DNA from: Pirellulales bacterium
Lineage (GTDB): Bacteria > Planctomycetota > Planctomycetia > Pirellulales > PALSA-1355
Length of the DNA stretch: 64,000 nt
NCBI GenBank assembly: GCA_963733035.1
Contig: CAVTBU010000005.1
Coordinates: 2,400,001 to 2,464,000 of the forward strand
Reading direction: 5' to 3'
A program made the translations under genes and the position numbers. Under the pieces are notes generated by a model, which ran no database searches, was not told the DNA's origin, and saw nothing but the letters and a program-made list of their open reading frames with translations. This document shows, piece after piece, positions 29,298 to 38,746 of this stretch (position 1 is its first letter; each line of letters begins with the position of its first letter).

Positions 29298-30866
29298 TTG
29301 TACGACGCAATTTTGGACGAATTGGAAGACGATCCGTCGCAGAATCCGGACGAAGCAAACGATTTGGCGGACAAATCGTCCGACGACCTGGATCTGGATG
29401 GCGAGATCGATGGTGCCGACGTCAATTCCGACGCGGACCTGGAGCTGGATCCGAAGTCCGAGGATCTACTGGCTGTTGCGGAAGAAGAGGCCGAGTCGTG
29501 GTCCGATGATCCCGTGCGGATGTATCTCACGCAGATGGGTGAGATTCCACTACTCACGCGCCAGGAGGAGATCTCTCTGGCCAAGCGGATTGAACTGACG
29601 CGCGCTCGCTTCCGTCATTCACTTCTCGAGTGCGATTACGTCATCCAGGTGGCCGTGAAGGTGCTCCGCCGGGTGCACAACGGGGAACTTCCGTTCGATC
29701 GGACGGTGCAGGTTTCGGTGACTGATCGGCTGGAGAAAGACCAGATTCTCGGCCGCTTCCCGCACAACCTGCGGACGATCGACACGCTGCTCAAGCAAAA
29801 CCGCGACGACTATCGAATGGCGACCAGCAAGTCGCAGAAAATGTCGCAACGCCGCGCTGCCTGGCAACGCCTGGGCCGCCGCCGCCGCCGCGCCGTCAAG
29901 CTCGTCGAAGAGCTCGGTCTGCGGACCCAGCGAATCGAACCGATGATTCGCGTGTTGGAAGACTTCAGCCGCCGCGTCGATATGCTCAAGGCGCAAATCG
30001 ACGCTCACAAGAAAGCACGTGGACCGCTCGCCGAGCGCAAGGCCTGGATCGTCGAGTACCGCAACATCCTGCGGGCCACGCAGGAGTCGCCCAAGAGCTT
30101 GCGGAATCGGGTGCAGAACCTGAAGGTTGTTTATTCGCTGTATCAACAGGCCAAGCGAGGGCTGTCCGAGGGCAATCTGCGATTGGTTGTCTCGATCGCC
30201 AAGAAGTACCGCAATCGCGGCCTGAGCTTCCTCGATTTGATTCAGGAAGGGAACGCCGGCCTGATGCGGGCGGTCGATAAGTTCGAGTATCGCCGCGGCT
30301 TCAAGTTCTGCACGTACGCCACATGGTGGATTCGTCAGGCGATTACCCGCGCGGTGGCCGATCAGAGTCGCACGATTCGGATTCCGGTGCACATGGTCGA
30401 AACCATGTCGCGCGTGCGCAACGTCTCGCGGCAACTGCTGCAAGAACTCGGCCGCGAGCCGACGATCGAGGAAACGGCCAAGCGGGCCGGCACGGCCGTC
30501 GACGAAGCCCGCCGGGTGCTGGCGATGAGCCGCTATCCGATCAGCCTCGACCGTCCGGTGGGCAACAGTGAGGATAGCCACTTTGGCGACTTGCTTCCCG
30601 ACTCGGGCGCCGAGAATCCCGCCATCGGCGCCGCCCAGGAAATGCTCCGCGGCCGGATTGCCAAGGTGCTCAAGACGCTCAGCTATCGCGAGCGCGAGAT
30701 CATCAAACTGCGTTACGGCCTGGGCGACGGCTACAGCTACACGCTGGAAGAAGTCGGCCACATTTTCAAAGTGACCCGTGAACGTATCCGCCAGATCGAA
30801 GCCAAAGCCGTCCGCAAGCTGCAGCAGCCAAGCCGCAGCCAGGAGCTGGCCGGGTTTTTGGACTAG
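29298..30866 (+). CDS. rpoD: RNA polymerase sigma-70 factor, RpoD/group 1-2 type
   Basis: DPVRMYL (region 1.2), [29 protein letters not shown] and [12 protein letters not shown] motifs; TTG start with GGGAG RBS. It could be an RpoD paralog. Confidence 0.9.
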   Translation: MYDAILDELEDDPSQNPDEANDLADKSSDDLDLDGEIDGADVNSDADLELDPKSEDLLAVAEEEAESWSDDPVRMYLTQMGEIPLLTRQEEISLAKRIELTRARFRHSLLECDYVIQVAVKVLRRVHNGELPFDRTVQVSVTDRLEKDQILGRFPHNLRTIDTLLKQNRDDYRMATSKSQKMSQRRAAWQRLGRRRRRAVKLVEELGLRTQRIEPMIRVLEDFSRRVDMLKAQIDAHKKARGPLAERKAWIVEYRNILRATQESPKSLRNRVQNLKVVYSLYQQAKRGLSEGNLRLVVSIAKKYRNRGLSFLDLIQEGNAGLMRAVDKFEYRRGFKFCTYATWWIRQAITRAVADQSRTIRIPVHMVETMSRVRNVSRQLLQELGREPTIEETAKRAGTAVDEARRVLAMSRYPISLDRPVGNSEDSHFGDLLPDSGAENPAIGAAQEMLRGRIAKVLKTLSYREREIIKLRYGLGDGYSYTLEEVGHIFKVTRERIRQIEAKAVRKLQQPSRSQELAGFLD

Positions 30867-30894
30867 CGGCGAGATGCAATTTTGCTGAGATACC

Positions 30895-30930
30895 AAGCGA
30901 GCCGGGCCGAGTGCCTGGCTCGCTTTTTTT
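30895..30930 (+). terminator. Rho-independent terminator after the sigma gene
   Basis: AAGCGAGCCGGGC-loop-GCCTGGCTCGCTT stem followed by a T run. Confidence 0.85.
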
Positions 30931-31032
30931 GCGATATGTCCCGTCGCGAAGCGAATACAATTGCGACGGTCGACGGGCAATCGACGAGGACAAACCAGCG
31001 CTGAACGTTCGACGGCAAAGGAGACCGGATCG

Positions 31033-31533
31033 ATGCAGACTCGCCACACCGTCATGAATCGAAAGAATACGGCAGCCGGAATGGCGATGCTGGCAACGCT
31101 GATGACCTGCTCTGCTATCTCGTCGGAGGCCAAAGCCGCTGATCCGCCGATGGTAAAGATCGAATTTGTCGGCGCCGATCCGGAACCGGCGCCAGGGTTG
31201 ACGAAGGTCACTCCTCCGGGCTCTCTGAAGCCGATCTATCTGCACCCGAAGCCCGAGCTCACCGGAGATGATGTCGCCAGCGCGAAAGTCACCCAAACCG
31301 AACGGGGCGATGCGGCGATTCACCTCGTCTTTTCCGGCGAGGGAAGCAAGAAGATGCAACAATTCACCCAGGCATTCCTGCTAAAACACATGGCGATCCT
31401 CGTCGACGGCAAGCTGCTGTGTGCCCCACGAATTGTTTCGACGATCAGTCATGAGGCACAGATCACCGGGAATTTCGACAGGGCCGAAGCGGAACGCATC
31501 GTGGCAGGTATTCGCGGGCAGAAGTCGCCATGA
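31033..31533 (+). CDS. Exported stand-alone SecDF P1 head-like domain protein
   Basis: Signal peptide, then LTGDDVASA...MAILVDGKLLCAPRI...AQITGNFDRAEA, resembling the SecD P1 head. Confidence 0.75.
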   Translation: MQTRHTVMNRKNTAAGMAMLATLMTCSAISSEAKAADPPMVKIEFVGADPEPAPGLTKVTPPGSLKPIYLHPKPELTGDDVASAKVTQTERGDAAIHLVFSGEGSKKMQQFTQAFLLKHMAILVDGKLLCAPRIVSTISHEAQITGNFDRAEAERIVAGIRGQKSP

Positions 31534-31739
31534 CCCAAACGCCCGCAGCCTTTCGATTCAGTCTGTGGCGGATGCTGCTGCTAATGACCGCCGTGGGTGC
31601 GTGCCTGGCCGGGCTGCGCGTGCTGCCGCTCCCATGGGCGTTGTGGCTCATCACGGCCGCATTCTATTTCAGCGTGGTGCTTTGCTTTTCGAGCGTCGAC
31701 CGGCAGGAGCAACCAGCGAGGGAGCAGGGGCCGCGCTAA
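31530..31739 (+). CDS. Small membrane protein with an FRFSL motif
   Basis: ATGA coupling to the upstream gene; FRFSLWRMLLLMT and two TM segments. Confidence 0.6.
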   Translation: MTQTPAAFRFSLWRMLLLMTAVGACLAGLRVLPLPWALWLITAAFYFSVVLCFSSVDRQEQPAREQGPR

Positions 31740-31757
31740 TTCTGTAACGAATTTCCG

Positions 31758-31806
31758 TTGACGCGTCCTGGGGAGCGCGGTACGATGTTGTTAATTCATT
31801 AACGAC
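31758..31806 (+). promoter_or_regulatory. Promoter/operator of the second BlaI-BlaR1 module
   Basis: TTGACG(31758)-N17-TACGAT(31781), followed by the palindrome GTTGTTAAT-TC-ATTAACGAC (31787-31806). Confidence 0.7.
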
Positions 31807-31831
31807 TTGCCGCCTGCTGGATATCCCTCAC

Positions 31832-32218
31832 ATGGCCCGACCGACCTCCGATCTGCTGACCGAACGCGAAACCCAATTGATGGACGTCCTCTGGGACCAG
31901 GGGCCGGCCACCGCCGAAGACGTCCGACAAGCACTACCGGATCAGCCGCACGATTCCACGGTGCGCACGCTGCTGCGCGTACTCAAACAAAAGGGCTACG
32001 TGCGAATTCGCGGCCGGCAACCGGCGCTGTACGAAGCCGCCGTGCCGCGCGAAAAAGTGCAAGGCCGGGCCGCCCAGAGCTTGCTCAAGCGGTTCTTCGG
32101 TGGTTCGGCAGAGCAGCTTGTCATGCGCTTGGTCGAGGACGAAAAGCTTTCCCCGGAAGAATTGGCCCGCCTGCGTAAGAACCTATCACGCGGCCGGCCG
32201 CGCGGGAGGAAACCATGA
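31832..32218 (+). CDS. BlaI/MecI/CopY family repressor
   Basis: LTERETQLMDVLW...STVRTLLRVLKQKGYV...RFFGGS. Confidence 0.95.
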   Translation: MARPTSDLLTERETQLMDVLWDQGPATAEDVRQALPDQPHDSTVRTLLRVLKQKGYVRIRGRQPALYEAAVPREKVQGRAAQSLLKRFFGGSAEQLVMRLVEDEKLSPEELARLRKNLSRGRPRGRKP

Positions 32219-35200
32219 ACGGATCTTTGATCGCATTGCTAGTGGTTGTTTCATTACTACTGACTGTCAGTCTGATCGCGGACGACTGCCTGTCACGGCG
32301 AAGGCCACTATTGATGTCCGCGCTGTGGAACGGCTCGTTGATTGCCCTACTGTTAGCACTGCCCACGGCGATGTTCATGCCGCGCTGGGAGATACCGCTG
32401 CTGCCGCCAGTCGAATCGCATGGCGAGATGGCAGCCACCAACGAACCCGTCGTGACGGATGACCTCGTCGAAGCTCAGCCGATATACGTTCCACCGACCT
32501 TCGACGTGCAGCCACTACCGGCAACAATCGCCGTGCCGACGGTTTCGAGACCATCGCCGATAGATTGGACTCGCATCATCAGGCGCGGCCTGACGGTCGC
32601 CTACGTGCTGGGGGCGGCCGTCTCGCTGGTGCGACTGGCAGCCAATCTGGTCGCCGTAACGAAATTACGAGACGCGGCACGCCATTTGGAACAAGCCACG
32701 TGGCGATCGCGCCTGGAGGTTTGGCGCGCGAAAACCGGCATCTGCGCCCGACCGGATTTGTTATTCAGCGAGCAAGTCTCCGTACCGATTACGCTCGGGT
32801 GGCGGCGTCCAGCGATCGTGATTCCTCAAGACTTGATCAACCGTGCTCGAGCGGAGGCGATCGATGCGATCCTGGTGCATGAGCTGGCACATGTGCGGCG
32901 CGCCGATTGCGCATGGCAATTCGTCGAGCATCTGGTGCACGTTTTTTATTGGTTCCATCCACTTGCCTGGCCAATCGGCCGCCGAATCGCAGCGGTGCGG
33001 GAAAGAGCTTGCGACGACTTTGCCATCTACCTGCTCGCCGATCGCCGGGCCTATGCCGAGACGTTGCTCGCCATGGCCACGCGTATGGCCTCGCGACACA
33101 GGCTCACCCTGGCGATGGCCGTGGTACGGACAACAAAGCTCGAAAGGCGATTGACCGCCATTGAATCGAGCCGCGGCGCAGCGCTGGTCCGCCTAGGCGG
33201 CTGCACGCGAGCCGCACTGACCTTGGGGCTTTCGGCTGTCGTTGCCGCCGGGCTGGTCGCGCGGCTGGTTCATGCCGAGGCTGAGCCGGCGCCGCCGCGC
33301 GGCGAAGCAATTGCGTCCGCTGAGTCGGACTCGGCCCCTCCAATGCAGCCCGAGGAGAAACAGCAACGCGAGAGGGATACTCCGCTTGCTGGAGAGAAAG
33401 AGTCTGCATCGGCGAAGGACTACACGTTCACCGACAACGTCGTAAACAAGCTTTCGCAGCGAAAACGCGACGCGGCAAGGCGTCTCTTCGTCGATCTCCT
33501 TAGGCAGCAGTACGACCAGGCCGTGGAGCTGTTTTCGCCGCAATTGCGCGAGACTCTTACCGGCGAGAGACTCGCGCGGCTCTTCGACAAGCTGGCCAAA
33601 CAATTTGGCAAGCTTCAGCCGCGGGCAGTGCTCTACCTCGGCCGGCTTGGCGACAAGGAACTTCCCGATCTAATGCTCATCTGGGGACAAAAGCATTTCC
33701 TCTCCGTGCGCCTGCTGTTCGATGATCAAGACAAGATCGCTGGCTTGTGGATCGGCAGCAACTCCTTGGCCGCCCAGCCCGATCAACCACCGATCAAGGT
33801 GGGCGAAGATGAACGTGAGTTCACTACCGCCAGCATGATTGCATTTGGCGAACCCATGATGGCGCTAGTCGCCAAAGCCAACCTTTCGCTTATCGTGGAG
33901 TGGTTCGATGCCAGCGGTAAGCAGTTGACATTTGGTGAGCCGCCCGGGGTTTTTGTCTCGTTCTTTCGCGCCATGCACGACGGCGAACCCGCTCAAGCAA
34001 GCGACTGGAACGACACCGTCGACCACATCCGCTGGCGACACATCGCCAACGAATCGCCGCTGGAGAATCGGGCGGAACACCTGGCGCCAGGGACCTACCG
34101 CGCGTTTTGGTCGCGCGTCAGGGACGCGGGTTATCAACTGAGCGACCCGATCACGCTCGACGGCTCGGTGCAAGCCACGGTCGTGAAGACGACGGAGCAG
34201 CCAGGTGCGAAAGTGATCGTTAAGCTCGTCGACGATCAGACTGGCAAGCCCATCCAAGGCGCCGACGTGCGCGTCACCAGCGACGACCCACGAATTCCGT
34301 CCTACCGCTACGGCAGCAGCGAGTTCCCGGAAGCAACGATCACGTTCGACGGCATGCTATCGGGCCGCCATCGCATCGATGCCCATCGACCGGCAAAGCA
34401 GCCCGGCGAGAACGACTACGAACAAGTCGAGACGCCTGTCTATGTCGAGCTTGAGCGCGGAAAAACCTCCGAAGTCACGATCAAGCTGCGTGGCAAGCCC
34501 GCGGCAGATCAAGGTCTCAATGCTCGCTTACGGTGGATCGCCACCGGTAAAGTCATCGATTTGGAGGGACGCCCCATCGCCGGCGCAATCGTGCGGGCGG
34601 CAACGGGCGAGGGCACGCTTCTCGGCGGAGGATCGACGACGACCGACGCCGACGGGCGCTTTCGTCTGCACTTCGGCGAGGGGATTTGGAGCGACAATCC
34701 CGTGAACTTGCAAGTGGCCGTGCTCTCTGCGTCCAAGCCCGGCTACTTCGAAACCAACCTGAACCGGCAGGGCGGCCTCGCCATGGCACGCAGCCAACCC
34801 GCTGAAGACGACCTGCGGCACTGGGGTGGTCAGAAAGTCGTCTTTCTGCCCGGCGAGCCGCGCGAGCTGAACTTCGAGCTGGCCCGGGCGGCGACCATTC
34901 GCGTGGAGTTGGTGGACGCAGCAGGAGAAGACCTGGCCGAGGCGAGCGTTTCGCTATCGGATCAGGCAAAGGAGTGGAACGGCGTGGCGTCGGGTGAAAC
35001 CAGTCGCGGCGGCGATTACACCTTTGAGAATGTGCCGGTCGGCAGAGCGTCGTGGATTGCCGCGACCGTGGACAAAAAGCTGAGTGCCCGGTCGCTGCCG
35101 TTCACCTTGCCGCGCGCGGAAAACTACCGCATGAAATTGAGATTTCGGCAGGACGAAGCCAACGATCTGAATCTGCTGGAGGTGCAATCGATCACCAGCG

Positions 35201-35925
35201 CAGCGGGCGAGGAAATCAAGGACAAGGTCCTGGGCGATGACCCCTTGGCGCGGCCGCCCGTCACCGATGCAGACCAGGCCGAAGCTCGCGACCTCCTCAA
35301 GAAACTACTGGACGCCAACTCCCCGTGGTGGTTTGCGCGGCCGCCAGCGGAAATCGCCAGCATTCGCTACGACTTCTGCTTCGCCAGCGGTGATCGCCGC
35401 AACTATGCGTTCGAGCAGGACCAGGAGAAGTTCGATCATTGGGTCGCGCATGGATTGTCGTATTCGTCGGCAACCGCCATGCTCTGCGCGAACCGCAACG
35501 CGGTGGCCTTCCGGCTGGTGGAGATTCAGCCCAACGTGGTTCGGCTGGCCTATACGACGACGACTCGCTGGGGATACTCCGTCGGCAACGGCGTGCAGGG
35601 AACATGGCGCGGCTTTCAATCGGGTGGCGTGCGCGATGGCATCCTCTCGATCGATCCGCGGCGGTGGGTCCCCTTGGAGCATAAGTTTGGCGATATGCGC
35701 GAAGTGTTTTCCGACTACGTCAAGCTGCCCTCCGGCCAGTGGGCGCCGCGGAGCGTGCAAATCATCGAGGGAGATCGCCCGAAGTTCGATTGGAAGTTCG
35801 ATCTCTACGAGCCGGGCGTCTGGCTGTTCTCTTCGAGTCGCGACACGCGGAACCCCGACGCACCGCCGATCGCCCGGCTGGAGAACGTAATGATCAACGG
35901 CGCTCCCGGAAAACTCATCAACTAG
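32215..35925 (+). CDS. BlaR1-type M56 metallopeptidase with a large periplasmic region (DUF3887-like and carboxypeptidase-regulatory-like domains)
   Basis: HELAHVRRAD, YWFHPLAW and RERACDD motifs; repeated GxVxDxxGxPIxGA domains; ATGA overlap with blaI. Confidence 0.9.
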   Translation: MNGSLIALLVVVSLLLTVSLIADDCLSRRRPLLMSALWNGSLIALLLALPTAMFMPRWEIPLLPPVESHGEMAATNEPVVTDDLVEAQPIYVPPTFDVQPLPATIAVPTVSRPSPIDWTRIIRRGLTVAYVLGAAVSLVRLAANLVAVTKLRDAARHLEQATWRSRLEVWRAKTGICARPDLLFSEQVSVPITLGWRRPAIVIPQDLINRARAEAIDAILVHELAHVRRADCAWQFVEHLVHVFYWFHPLAWPIGRRIAAVRERACDDFAIYLLADRRAYAETLLAMATRMASRHRLTLAMAVVRTTKLERRLTAIESSRGAALVRLGGCTRAALTLGLSAVVAAGLVARLVHAEAEPAPPRGEAIASAESDSAPPMQPEEKQQRERDTPLAGEKESASAKDYTFTDNVVNKLSQRKRDAARRLFVDLLRQQYDQAVELFSPQLRETLTGERLARLFDKLAKQFGKLQPRAVLYLGRLGDKELPDLMLIWGQKHFLSVRLLFDDQDKIAGLWIGSNSLAAQPDQPPIKVGEDEREFTTASMIAFGEPMMALVAKANLSLIVEWFDASGKQLTFGEPPGVFVSFFRAMHDGEPAQASDWNDTVDHIRWRHIANESPLENRAEHLAPGTYRAFWSRVRDAGYQLSDPITLDGSVQATVVKTTEQPGAKVIVKLVDDQTGKPIQGADVRVTSDDPRIPSYRYGSSEFPEATITFDGMLSGRHRIDAHRPAKQPGENDYEQVETPVYVELERGKTSEVTIKLRGKPAADQGLNARLRWIATGKVIDLEGRPIAGAIVRAATGEGTLLGGGSTTTDADGRFRLHFGEGIWSDNPVNLQVAVLSASKPGYFETNLNRQGGLAMARSQPAEDDLRHWGGQKVVFLPGEPRELNFELARAATIRVELVDAAGEDLAEASVSLSDQAKEWNGVASGETSRGGDYTFENVPVGRASWIAATVDKKLSARSLPFTLPRAENYRMKLRFRQDEANDLNLLEVQSITSAAGEEIKDKVLGDDPLARPPVTDADQAEARDLLKKLLDANSPWWFARPPAEIASIRYDFCFASGDRRNYAFEQDQEKFDHWVAHGLSYSSATAMLCANRNAVAFRLVEIQPNVVRLAYTTTTRWGYSVGNGVQGTWRGFQSGGVRDGILSIDPRRWVPLEHKFGDMREVFSDYVKLPSGQWAPRSVQIIEGDRPKFDWKFDLYEPGVWLFSSSRDTRNPDAPPIARLENVMINGAPGKLIN

Positions 35926-35964
35926 TTGACGAGCCGCGCGTTTGGCGGGCTGCGGCGAACTTGT

Positions 35965-35993
35965 TTGACAGTACCTGTCGACCCTGCTACAGT
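35965..35993 (+). promoter_or_regulatory. sigma70 promoter upstream of the cobalamin riboswitch
   Basis: TTGACA-N17-TACAGT. Confidence 0.65.
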
Positions 35994-36004
35994 ACCCCGC
36001 ATAG

Positions 36005-36212
36005 CGTGCGTTGGTGGTCGGCGTTTGCCTCTGAAACGTCGACAAAACAGGGAACTCCGGTGCAATTCCGGGACGGCCCCGCCGCTGTAACCGAGTGCTT
36101 AAGGAAGCTGTTTCTTAGCCATTGTTGAGCTGGCCGAAGTCGCAAGACTTTGCCCGCGTGCAACGAGAAGGCCAGTCTTCCCCAGCTCGGGAGTCAGAAG
36201 ACCTACCAACGC
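36005..36212 (+). promoter_or_regulatory. Cobalamin (B12) riboswitch
   Basis: Hallmarks AACAGGGAACTCCGGTGCAATTCCGG, CCCCGCCGCTGTAA, AGCCATTG...GAGAAGGC and the B12 box GAGTCAGAAGACCTACC. Confidence 0.95.
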
Positions 36213-36392
36213 TTGACTGACGGAAGTTTTCGCGAGGGACGAGAGCTTTCGACCGTTCGTAGGCCTCAATTAGGACGCCGCTAATCGTCGGCTTGTGCCT
36301 TGTAACCCAACGCGGTTTGGCCGTCTGACCGTACGCGCTTGCGCGCATCTGTCCGCCGTCCCCGCTCGTTGCCGTTGGCATGCGCCACGACG

Positions 36393-37271
36393 ATGCGCTC
36401 ATCGTTTGCCGTGACTCCGTCCGCAAGCAATCAACGTCGCCGAATCGCCGCCTTCACCCTGGTGGAGCTGTTGGTCGTGATCGCGATCGTCGGGCTGCTC
36501 GTGGCGCTGTTGCTGCCGGCGGTGCAGGCCTCACGCGAAGCCGCCCGGAGGACGAAGTGCCTGTCGAATCTGCGTCAACTCGGCGTGGCGCTGCAAACGT
36601 ATCACGACGTGTTTCACGTCTTCCCGCGGGGCGGGTGGCCGGCCGCAAGCGCCAACATCAGTTGGACCGCTTCGATCCTGCCCCACTTGGAAGAGCAATC
36701 GCTCTACGATCGTCTGAATCGCACCGTGCCGTATACCGACGTTACGAATCGCGACGCCGGCCAGACGCCCTTGGCCCTGGTGCTGTGCCCTTCGTCGCCC
36801 AAAGAGAGCATCTGGAAATCGTCGGCCGATTTACCGGCTTCCGCGTCGAATCGTTTTGCACGCACCGATTATGGAGCGATCAGCGGCGAACGCGGACTGC
36901 GGTCGCCCACGGCAAGCAATGTGCCAGAGCGCGGCGTCATGATTCTGGAGCGCAACATCTCCCTGTCGGGCATCCTCGACGGCGCTTCGCACACGATTCT
37001 CATTGGCGAGGCGCCCGAGGGAATCCATTCGCTGTGGATCAGCGTTCGCAATCTTTACGACCAGTCGGGACCGATCAACGCCCCGGCGACATATGCGCCC
37101 GCCTTCGTCTTCTTCGACTACGGTCAGGAACTGAGCAGCTATCACCCAGAGGGTGCGCAGGTGCTATTCGCCGATGGCTCCGCGCGGCTGCTCGACAAAG
37201 AGCTCGACGTGCGGACTCTGGCGGCGCTCTGCTCCCGCGACGGCGGCGAAGCGATCGACGGTGACTTTTGA
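36393..37271 (+). CDS. DUF1559 prepilin-type N-terminal cleavage/methylation protein
   Basis: AFTLVELLVVIAIVGLLVALLLPAVQASREAARR and a C-terminal H-X9-DG motif (HPEGAQVLFADG). The start is uncertain (36339-36393). Confidence 0.95.
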   Translation: MRSSFAVTPSASNQRRRIAAFTLVELLVVIAIVGLLVALLLPAVQASREAARRTKCLSNLRQLGVALQTYHDVFHVFPRGGWPAASANISWTASILPHLEEQSLYDRLNRTVPYTDVTNRDAGQTPLALVLCPSSPKESIWKSSADLPASASNRFARTDYGAISGERGLRSPTASNVPERGVMILERNISLSGILDGASHTILIGEAPEGIHSLWISVRNLYDQSGPINAPATYAPAFVFFDYGQELSSYHPEGAQVLFADGSARLLDKELDVRTLAALCSRDGGEAIDGDF

Positions 37272-37397
37272 TCGGGTGGCAACGATGTATTTCTCAATCT
37301 CCAACACACACACGATGAGGCAGGTGGCGCGTCACCTAGCTCGTATTGCTTGAACTTCATTGGCAACTTACTCACACCGCGCGGAGTGCACCGAAGC

Positions 37398-38312
37398 ATG
37401 AAAAAATTGATAAGAAACTATCTGAGGAGCGGACTGCTGTTGGCGTCGACGCTGGCGGCGCTCGGGCAGGCGGCACGGGGCGACATTGTGAACTTCGACG
37501 ATCTTCCACTGGGCCCCAACTCCCATTGGAGCGGGCCGGATCCGACCGGCGTGGATCAGCCCGACCCGTACGGCGGTCCGCTGCCGGTGAAAGTCGGCAG
37601 CTTCACCAGCGGCGGCGTAAAATTCGGCAACGAATACAATCCCAACTACGACAGTTGGGGCGGCTTCGCCTATTCCAACGATACCGACAACACGACGGTC
37701 GGTTACGGCAATCAGTTTGGAGTCTACGCCGGATCGGGAAATGATCCGGGCGGCGATAACTTCGGCGTGGCGTTTGGCTACGTCGACAACTTCAGCCCGT
37801 CGGACCCGAACCAGCTCGACCAACTGCCGTATCTCGAGTTTCCGCAGACGGCGAATCCCCAGTCCATTTACGTCACGAACATGACCTATGCCGCAACCAC
37901 GATGCGCGACGGAAACCCGTTTGCCAAACAATTCGGCGGAGCAAGCGGCAACGACCCCGATTGGTTCAAGCTGTCGATCTACGGAACCGATGCACAAGGG
38001 AGCCTGGTGCCTGGATCCGTCGAGTTCTATCTGGCCGACTATCGCTTTGCCGACAACGCCAGCGACTATATTCTCGACAGTTGGGCGCCCGTCGACCTAT
38101 CAGCGCTGGGGAGTGTGACGCGATTGTATTTCAATCTTTCGTCAAGTGACTCCGGGCCCTTCGGCATGAACACGCCGAGCACGTTTGCGATCGACGACTT
38201 GCAGTTCATACTCGTGCCGGAACCAGGCACAAGCGTCTTGGCCGGCCTGGGATTGTTGGCGCTGGCATGGGCCGGCAGCCGCGGGCGGCGACCCCGTCAT
38301 CCTGCCGCCTGA
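37398..38312 (+). CDS. DUF4465 domain protein with a PEP-CTERM sorting signal
   Basis: WGGFAYSN, YVTNMTYA, DWFKL, VEFYLADYR and GMNTPSTFAIDD (DUF4465-type); signal peptide; C-terminal VPEP-TM-RGRR. Confidence 0.88.
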   Translation: MKKLIRNYLRSGLLLASTLAALGQAARGDIVNFDDLPLGPNSHWSGPDPTGVDQPDPYGGPLPVKVGSFTSGGVKFGNEYNPNYDSWGGFAYSNDTDNTTVGYGNQFGVYAGSGNDPGGDNFGVAFGYVDNFSPSDPNQLDQLPYLEFPQTANPQSIYVTNMTYAATTMRDGNPFAKQFGGASGNDPDWFKLSIYGTDAQGSLVPGSVEFYLADYRFADNASDYILDSWAPVDLSALGSVTRLYFNLSSSDSGPFGMNTPSTFAIDDLQFILVPEPGTSVLAGLGLLALAWAGSRGRRPRHPAA

Positions 38313-38746
38313 CCTCTAACCAACAAGTCACCTGCCGCCTGGCAACGGCCACGACTTCCCGCGAGTTAATGGCCTGATTCTCAAGTTTGTTATTTTTCTA
38401 CTCACATCGATGTTAATGTTCTAACGGCCAAAATCATTGACTTCCCGCATCGGTGGGGGTAGTTTAAACGCGTGCGACATGAACCAAGGCCATGTATCAA
38501 GACGCCGATGAAGCAAGCCGGTGACAATCATCCATCGCGATGAGCTTGTCGACGGACTCTCTTTCGTAACTCCCGCCGGTCGCTACGGCCCGGTGAGCAG
38601 TTCCACCTGGTAGCATTTGGGCCATTTCTCTGCGCGGGCACGAATCGACGGCTTCGTGCGTCATTCTGGCCCGAATGATGCGCACGGAAAGAGAGTGGAT
38701 ATACCCATGCACCAGTTTGCTTTTGGCGGCGCAGGGACCGTTTGTC

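Noticed and set aside
29619..31211. 530-aa minus-strand ORF
   Set aside because: It is an antisense shadow of the sigma-70 gene, typical of high-GC codon bias, with no recognisable motifs.
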